Virus record (IMG/VR): IMGVR_UViG_3300042478_002332
Source of the DNA: a virus
Length of the DNA: 43,336 bases
Reading direction: 5' to 3' (one strand)
Both the position numbers and the translations under genes were made by a program. The notes beneath the pieces are model-generated. The model made no database searches. It saw nothing but the letters and a program-made list of their open reading frames with translations, and was not told the origin of the DNA. Below are positions 38,550-43,336 of the stretch, in pieces. The stretch's first letter is position 1, and each line of letters starts with the position of its first letter.

Positions 38550-38861
38550 TCATCGGTTCCCGCCATTCGATCGCGTTGGTTTCGGCCCAACGCCACGCTT
38601 GCGCTTCTTTGTCGATCCGCCGGCCGGCGCGGCGCCACCATCCAGCACAACCGGCGCGGTGGTTTCGATCCAGACCCTAGCCCCGCACGAAAGCGGCTTG
38701 CACGGCGAATAGACCACCGCGCTAGGCCCAAGAATCTGCACGGAGTGGCAATAGGTGTTGCTGCCGCCTGCCTTGACTGTCAGCGCCGGCGCCGCCTCGC
38801 CGGTCTTTGCGTTGCGGCGGATAACGTGTTGATTAACGTGGATTCGCGTGATGCGTGGCAT
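38550..38861 (-). CDS. hypothetical protein (103 aa)
   Basis: Track ORF trimmed to ATG 38861: MPRITRIHVNQHVIRRNAKTGE... Confidence 0.45.
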   Translation of the reverse strand: MPRITRIHVNQHVIRRNAKTGEAAPALTVKAGGSNTYCHSVQILGPSAVVYSPCKPLSCGARVWIETTAPVVLDGGAAPAGGSTKKRKRGVGPKPTRSNGGNR

Positions 38862-38877
38862 GGGTTGCGCCCTGCGA

Positions 38878-39024
38878 TTACTTGGCTTTTTTCCAGTGTC
38901 CAGCAATGACCATTTTCCGCCCAGTGATGCCGCACGTTTTGCGATGCCCCTCAACCCAAACGAATGCCGCGCGACCGTCAACGAACCAGATCCGTTTGCC
39001 GTTAATCTCTTTTACTGCGTTCAT
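38878..39024 (-). CDS. hypothetical micro-ORF (48 aa)
   Basis: In frame with track ORF 38878..39285. ATG 39024 lies after AAGAGAATCCA. Reads MNAVKEINGKRIWFVDGRAAFVWVEGH... Confidence 0.4.
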   Translation of the reverse strand: MNAVKEINGKRIWFVDGRAAFVWVEGHRKTCGITGRKMVIAGHWKKAK

Positions 39025-39073
39025 TGGATTCTCTTTCGGTTTGTGGTTTTTCAGTTGGAATTGTTTTTTGATT

Positions 39074-39334
39074 TTATTTGATTTTGATTTCACCGCTTGC
39101 GATAGCGCGCCCCAGAACCGCCGTTGCCTGCTCTGCGATACCGGGCGAGTTGTCGGCTTCCGAACGATACCAGCGCACGCCCCGATCCCATGACCTATGG
39201 GAATAGCGGCTAACGTATCCGTGCTGGCGAAGGATTTTCGCAGCAAGGCGGGCAGCCTTTTGTGGCGACCGATGGCACTCCCCATCAGTCATTCCGATTA
39301 CCTTTGCAACAGCCGAAGAAACAGGAAAACGCAT
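39074..39334 (-). CDS. hypothetical protein (86 aa), first gene behind cassette promoter P6
   Basis: ATG 39334 preceded by GAAAGGGCTAGCA. Confidence 0.5.
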   Translation of the reverse strand: MRFPVSSAVAKVIGMTDGECHRSPQKAARLAAKILRQHGYVSRYSHRSWDRGVRWYRSEADNSPGIAEQATAVLGRAIASGEIKIK

Positions 39335-39354
39335 TGCTAGCCCTTTCGTAATTG

Positions 39355-39412
39355 GTCGCGTCCAATTTGCTCGCGACTGCCCTACTATAGCCTATCGGCA
39401 ATAGCCTGTCCA
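39355..39412 (-). promoter_or_regulatory. Cassette promoter P6, the only minus-strand copy: TGGACA-N17-TATAGT plus a 5' hairpin
   Basis: Minus strand: TGGACAggctATTGCCGATAGGcTATAGTagggcAGTCGCGAGcaaattggaCGCGAC. Confidence 0.65.
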
Positions 39413-39458
39413 GCCCTCCACCAATTATTTTTTTGGGGCCGGTTTTTGCGGGGGAAAC

Positions 39459-39474
39459 GCGGCCTTCCGGCCGC
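39459..39474 (-). terminator. hairpin GCGGCC-ggaa-GGCCGC followed by GTTT, directly after the terminase stop
   Basis: Direct reading. Confidence 0.45.
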
Positions 39475-39482
39475 GGCCCCGG

Positions 39483-41627
39483 CTAGCCAGTTCGCCGGCG
39501 CACCGTGATTTTCCCGCCGTTGCCCTTCGGCAGTTCCACGCGGCGGCGCGTCCGCGTGCCGGTTTCGGTGGCGGCTGGGGATAGCCCCGCGATCGATGCC
39601 GCCACCGCGCTACCCACTAGGCAGTCTAGCCAATGGTTATCCCGGCCTAGGGTCTTCCATTCATCGACCACGCGCCCGCGAGCCTCGACGCGCACCGGGT
39701 ATTCAGCGGTGAGGTGTTCCGCGAGTAGTTCATGCTGCCCAGCGCACAGCGCGAGCGCTTCGGGATCACCCAGCGGCAGCCGCAGCCGCGCGGCTACGAA
39801 TGATTTCCACCAGTTCGTATCGTATAGCGCGGATCGCTGGCCCGCGCTGACTTGACCTACGCGCCAATTCAGCCCCATGCGATCGCCGCGCGCCTTGCCC
39901 TTGTCGGTGAGCGGTTGCCCCGATGCGCCGATGCCGCGCCCGTGGCTAGGGAGAATGTTCGCCGCGAACGCGGAGCGCCGCGCGAACGTTCGCACGGTGG
40001 TAGTCGATTGCCCCCAGTTGGCATCGATCATCATTTGCCGCACGCGCATTGCCGTTCCATCCTCGCGCATCCACTCGCGGCCCATGAGCGCGACCGTAGC
40101 CGCTTCCAGGCCAGCCGATAGCGAGGCTTCGAAGCCGGCGCCGTTGCTCGCGAGCGAAAGCGTCCGCTTCGCGTGCGAGGCTTCGAAGAATGAAACCGAC
40201 TGATCGGGGTATGTGCCGTAGGCGACAACGTGACCCCCGAACGATTGCGACCAAGAAGCCACAAGCCAAAACAACAACTTTTCTTGAACGTCGATAAACG
40301 CGGTCAGCGTGTCATGCCCCAGCGGCACAACGCCGCGCGGTACGTTGGTCGCGCGGGCGGCAACGTCGCGCTTTTGCAGCCGGCCGGCTTCGTTCTGCTC
40401 GACTACGGGATCGTTTTGATATTCGGCCGCGAACGCGGATTCGCCGCGGTCAATGCGGAGGTTGTAAGCGTGCTGGAGCGCGGATAGTTCGTCATCATTT
40501 TTCCGCGCCTCCCAGCCCACGCGGGCGCCCGCGTCCATTTCCGCGCGGCGCTGCCGATAAAACTCCGTGGCCTCCGCGGTTCCCCGGCCCGTCCGCTGCC
40601 CGTCGCGGCGAAGTTCCGCATACTGCGCCCAAAGGTCTTCCGCCTGCGGCCAATCGTAGACCAGCCGCATCCGCTCGCCTTGCCACGCGGGGTGGCGTGA
40701 GCGGTCTAGTAGCCGATCGGCTAGATCGTCCGGTTTCACTACCGTGACCGTGCATAGGCCGGAAATCTTTTTGCCTGGGCCGGCAAGCCCCAGGATAGCG
40801 CCTTTTAAGACGCTTTCGCGCGTGGCTACTTGCGATGGGCTAGCCGCGCTTTCGTCGGTCTGCGGATCATCGATTAGCACAAGCGAAGGCCGCGCCTTCC
40901 TGCCGTCGCAAGCGCGCTTCGCGCTCATCCCGCGGATGCGTCCGGTGATGCCGGCCACGCGGATGATGGCGCCGCTCGTCTTCGATCCTTCGATCGTGGG
41001 GAACTGCACTTCGTTTGCCGTCCAAACGATGTTGGTGTTTTTGCCTTTGTAGAGTTGGCCCGCGGCGCGCTGGTGGATGTTTTCCAATGCCGCAATCGGG
41101 AAGATGGCTTCGGGGAAATCGTCCAAAAGCCTTTCGTTGGTTTCGCATTCCACCTTGATCGATTCCAGCATCGTCCGCGCGTGTTCCTCATCCGCGCCGA
41201 TGATTGCGACGAAATCGCGATAGCCGTAGAGCGCGCCCCACAACGCGGCGACTTCGGCAAGCGAGGTCTTGCCGCTGCCGCGCGGCATCGCATACGCGAA
41301 CAGATCACCCAGCCGCACGGATGATTCGATCGCCTGCATTACGCGAAGGTGATCGGGCGACCACTCAAGCGCGAAGGTCGCCGGGAAATACGATTCGCAA
41401 AACGCGCGGAACGATTCGCCCGCGGCAGCCTTTCGCGCGGGATCGACCACCGCGGGAAGCGGCCCAATGTCCCTACCGCTTTCGGATAGTTCCGCCTGCC
41501 GCCGCGCCATCCGCTCGCGGTGGGCTTCGTATTGCTGCCGGTTGACGGCGGCATCCGGCGCGGCTGCGGCCGGCTTCGCCGGCTGGCGCTTGGGCTTGCT
41601 CGCTTTGGCCGCGCCACGTTTCGCCAT
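39483..41627 (-). CDS. terL: terminase large subunit
   Basis: Walker A AMPRGSGKTS and Walker B SLVLIDDPQTDE. Nuclease Asp motifs FIDVQEK, MIDANWG and DNHWLDC. 714 aa. Confidence 0.85.
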   Translation of the reverse strand: MAKRGAAKASKPKRQPAKPAAAAPDAAVNRQQYEAHRERMARRQAELSESGRDIGPLPAVVDPARKAAAGESFRAFCESYFPATFALEWSPDHLRVMQAIESSVRLGDLFAYAMPRGSGKTSLAEVAALWGALYGYRDFVAIIGADEEHARTMLESIKVECETNERLLDDFPEAIFPIAALENIHQRAAGQLYKGKNTNIVWTANEVQFPTIEGSKTSGAIIRVAGITGRIRGMSAKRACDGRKARPSLVLIDDPQTDESAASPSQVATRESVLKGAILGLAGPGKKISGLCTVTVVKPDDLADRLLDRSRHPAWQGERMRLVYDWPQAEDLWAQYAELRRDGQRTGRGTAEATEFYRQRRAEMDAGARVGWEARKNDDELSALQHAYNLRIDRGESAFAAEYQNDPVVEQNEAGRLQKRDVAARATNVPRGVVPLGHDTLTAFIDVQEKLLFWLVASWSQSFGGHVVAYGTYPDQSVSFFEASHAKRTLSLASNGAGFEASLSAGLEAATVALMGREWMREDGTAMRVRQMMIDANWGQSTTTVRTFARRSAFAANILPSHGRGIGASGQPLTDKGKARGDRMGLNWRVGQVSAGQRSALYDTNWWKSFVAARLRLPLGDPEALALCAGQHELLAEHLTAEYPVRVEARGRVVDEWKTLGRDNHWLDCLVGSAVAASIAGLSPAATETGTRTRRRVELPKGNGGKITVRRRTG

Positions 41628-41998
41628 TAGATGCGGCCCGCCTCGCGGTTGCCGCCGAAGGCGGCAAGTCTACCGCGACGATTTCGGAAGGTCGCCGCGG
41701 CGCGGCAACTTCGCGCGGCGGATGCCGGCCGCGCGTTCGCAGGGCAGGGCATCGCGATCGCCGCGCGGGCTGCCGGCGGCGTCGGCGCGGTGCGAACGGA
41801 GCCGAAACCGCGCGCGTTCGCCGGGGCCGGCTGGGGGGCAGCCGAAAGAAAGTTTGATTGTTTTTGCGTAGGCTCGCGTGGCCCCCTTCCCGGCCCAAAC
41901 CCGCGGTAGTACCTTGGGGTGTAGCAAAATGCTACAGTGCGTTTGGGCCTACAAAAATAGGGGTTTTTGAGCATGATAGCGCGAAAGTGCCTAAAAAC

Positions 41999-42311
41999 AA
42001 GGGGTTTTCGCTTCATGCCGTTTCGGCACGCTCCGAGCAAGCCGAAATGACATGATGCGTTTATACCTTGTTTTCTAGTGTTTTATGCACATCGCGTGCG
42101 AATGTGCCGTATTTCCTAGTGGCAATATCAGTGGATGCAGGAATATAGGGCTTCCAGCACTTGATATGCGTTTCGTGCTGGAATTATGGGGTTTTTCGCT
42201 CTATGCCTATTCGGCACGCCATGAGCAAGCCGAAATGACATATCCATAAAATGCCCTTTTTTATGATGCGAAACGTACATCGCGTGCGAAAACCCCTTAT
42301 TTCCTAGTGGC
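41999..42311. repeat. AT-richer non-coding repeat region: a partial tandem duplication of about 187 bp, bounded by a 13-bp inverted repeat
   Basis: 41999-42011 AAGGGGTTTTCGC versus 42286-42298 GCGAAAACCCCTT. 42001-42053 is nearly the same as 42188-42241. 42087-42123 is nearly the same as 42275-42311. Confidence 0.8.
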
Positions 42312-42644
42312 TATATGGGCAGCGATTTTTTCGGCCACCGCTGGCAATGCGTCCAGTTCCACGATTGCTATCCATTTCTGCCCGTTGCGACGATGGCACA
42401 CCATCGCGGGAATGCCCGCGGGCGCGTCCGCGTTGGCCTGCGCCAGCGCTGCATATGCGTTCAGCGTTTCGGTTCGCTTGCATTCGATATGCAAGGGCAA
42501 CGCTAGGGCAACGTCGGGCGAGTCTGGCCCGCCTTGAAACTGAACCCCTCGCCTAGCGTTAGTGTGTTCGCCTAACACGCGATTCAACTCCGCGGCTAGG
42601 TCGCGCTCGCCGCGCTTGCCCTTCTGCCTAGACATTCTGCCCAT
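42297..42644 (-). CDS. PD-(D/E)xK nuclease, Holliday-junction-resolvase-like
   Basis: SRQKGKRGERDLAAEL...GGPDSPDVALALPLHIECKRTE has the D...ExK core and the KGxxGE N-terminus typical of small phage resolvases. Confidence 0.6.
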   Translation of the reverse strand: MGRMSRQKGKRGERDLAAELNRVLGEHTNARRGVQFQGGPDSPDVALALPLHIECKRTETLNAYAALAQANADAPAGIPAMVCHRRNGQKWIAIVELDALPAVAEKIAAHIATRK

Positions 42645-42831
42645 CGTTGCCCTTTGCTCTGCATTTGAGTTCGCAACTGAAGCGCCGCATATCGTCGATC
42701 ATGCCCGCGGGCGCATCGACTGCCGCGCGTAGCCTGCGGATTTCGACAACGGCAGCATGGAGCGCATGCGCGGCGTTGTGGTCGGTTGTGAGTTGCGCCG
42801 ACTGCTGCAATCGTTCCACTATGTCGCTCAT
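42628..42831 (-). CDS. hypothetical protein (67 aa)
   Basis: Track ORF in the early operon. Confidence 0.45.
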   Translation of the reverse strand: MSDIVERLQQSAQLTTDHNAAHALHAAVVEIRRLRAAVDAPAGMIDDMRRFSCELKCRAKGNDGQNV

Positions 42832-43070
42832 TTGATTTTTTCCGCCTTTAATGCTGCGCGTTCCTCGCGCCTTCGTATTTTTTCGTTTTCATGGTCGCAC
42901 GTTGCCGCGAGCCTCAACAACGCATCGGCAAGCCTTCGGCATTCATTCGCGCCAGCAAAACCGTCTTGCGTGCGATGTATTCTCACGCCAAACCGTTTGC
43001 AACAAAAATGCTTTTCTGCGTGCGCCCAATAGGTGCCGGTATCAACGCAATAGGTATTTTTCGTTTTCAT
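42828..43070 (-). CDS. hypothetical protein (80 aa)
   Basis: Track ORF trimmed to ATG 43070 (AACAGAGAATCT upstream) so that it starts after the 37-bp repeat. Confidence 0.5.
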   Translation of the reverse strand: MKTKNTYCVDTGTYWAHAEKHFCCKRFGVRIHRTQDGFAGANECRRLADALLRLAATCDHENEKIRRREERAALKAEKIK

Positions 43071-43084
43071 AGATTCTCTGTTTT

Positions 43085-43121
43085 CCACGCGATGCAGCGG
43101 ACTGCGCCGCTGATCGCTGGC
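43085..43121 (-). repeat. 37-bp perfect direct repeat, copy 2 (intergenic)
   Basis: Identical to 149..185. Confidence 0.9.
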
Positions 43122-43130
43122 GTTCTGTGG

Positions 43131-43336
43131 CTACTCTGCCTTCCACCCGTTGTGGATGTACGCCAGCACGGCATGAAATGCCGCCACCTCGCCAGCCGTC
43201 CTAGCGGCATCTGCGGTCAACGGCTCGCCGCCTGCCTTTGCGATCAGGCCGATAGTGTCTAGCCGCGTCTCGCGCTTCTCAATCTGCCACCGCATCCAGT
43301 CGATGAGGCTGCCATGCTGCCTGTTCATGGCATTGC
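43131..43336 (-). CDS. C-terminal part of the junction-spanning hypothetical protein (91 aa in total; the start is at window position 109)
   Basis: The track ORF 43131..43328 is truncated only by the window edge. Confidence 0.6.
   Translation of the reverse strand, partial: NAMNRQHGSLIDWMRWQIEKRETRLDTIGLIAKAGGEPLTADAARTAGEVAAFHAVLAYIHNGWKAE

Noticed and set aside
41627-42040. Candidate small terminase among the ORFs just upstream of terL (41627..42040, 41670..41927, 41473..41898)
   Set aside because: All are Arg/Pro/Ala-rich with no HTH or oligomerisation pattern. They start with weak or alternative codons and overlap one another. Frame 41670..41927 has the best codon bias but still looks unlike a protein. 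Left unannotated pending a profile search.

Overview
This window is a complete, self-closing genome of about 43.3 kb: bases 1-40 repeat at 43297-43336. It is a GC-rich temperate tailed phage with siphovirus-like gene content (tape measure, tail-chaperone frameshift, no sheath gene seen). There is no rRNA, no complete tRNA, no CRISPR array and no transposase.

Minus strand:
- An early replication/recombination operon runs from 6521 down to 1 and continues across the junction to 42297. It encodes an HTH protein, a CsrA homologue, an AAA_24/Sak4-like ATPase, an SSB-like protein with a DDIPF tip, a replication-protein candidate, a DUF3310 protein and a PD-(D/E)xK resolvase-like nuclease.
- An AT-richer, repeat-filled non-coding region follows at 41.9-42.3 kb (cos/pac or ori candidate).
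- The late operon comes next: large terminase, gpW-like protein, portal, a prohead-protease/capsid fusion, a DUF2190 protein, connector genes, three tail-tube paralogues, the G/GT chaperone, tape measure and distal tail/fibre genes.
- A lysis cassette ends the strand at 13595.

Plus strand:
- An orphan DNA methyltransferase.
- Integrase and excisionase beside an attP that carries the 3' half of tRNA-Arg(ACG).
- A 4-kb cluster of 12 small genes of unknown function.

Most unusual signals:
1. A seven-copy cassette (promoter, palindromic operator, 5' hairpin, near-identical RBS) in front of the small genes, with one copy driving a moron block inserted between terminase and gpW.
2. A second, five-copy bipartite motif (TAGACC-N23/24-TANNNT) at module boundaries of the late strand, often at leaderless distance from the start codon.
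3. A phage-encoded CsrA whose own leader has a GGA-loop hairpin.
4. A three-gene accessory operon (HExxH protein, metallophosphoesterase, DUF6378-like protein) inside the tail region.
5. A lysis cassette built around a signal-anchored papain-like peptidase and a CxxCxGxG Cys-rich membrane protein.

All functional calls come from motif recognition by eye. No database search was run.
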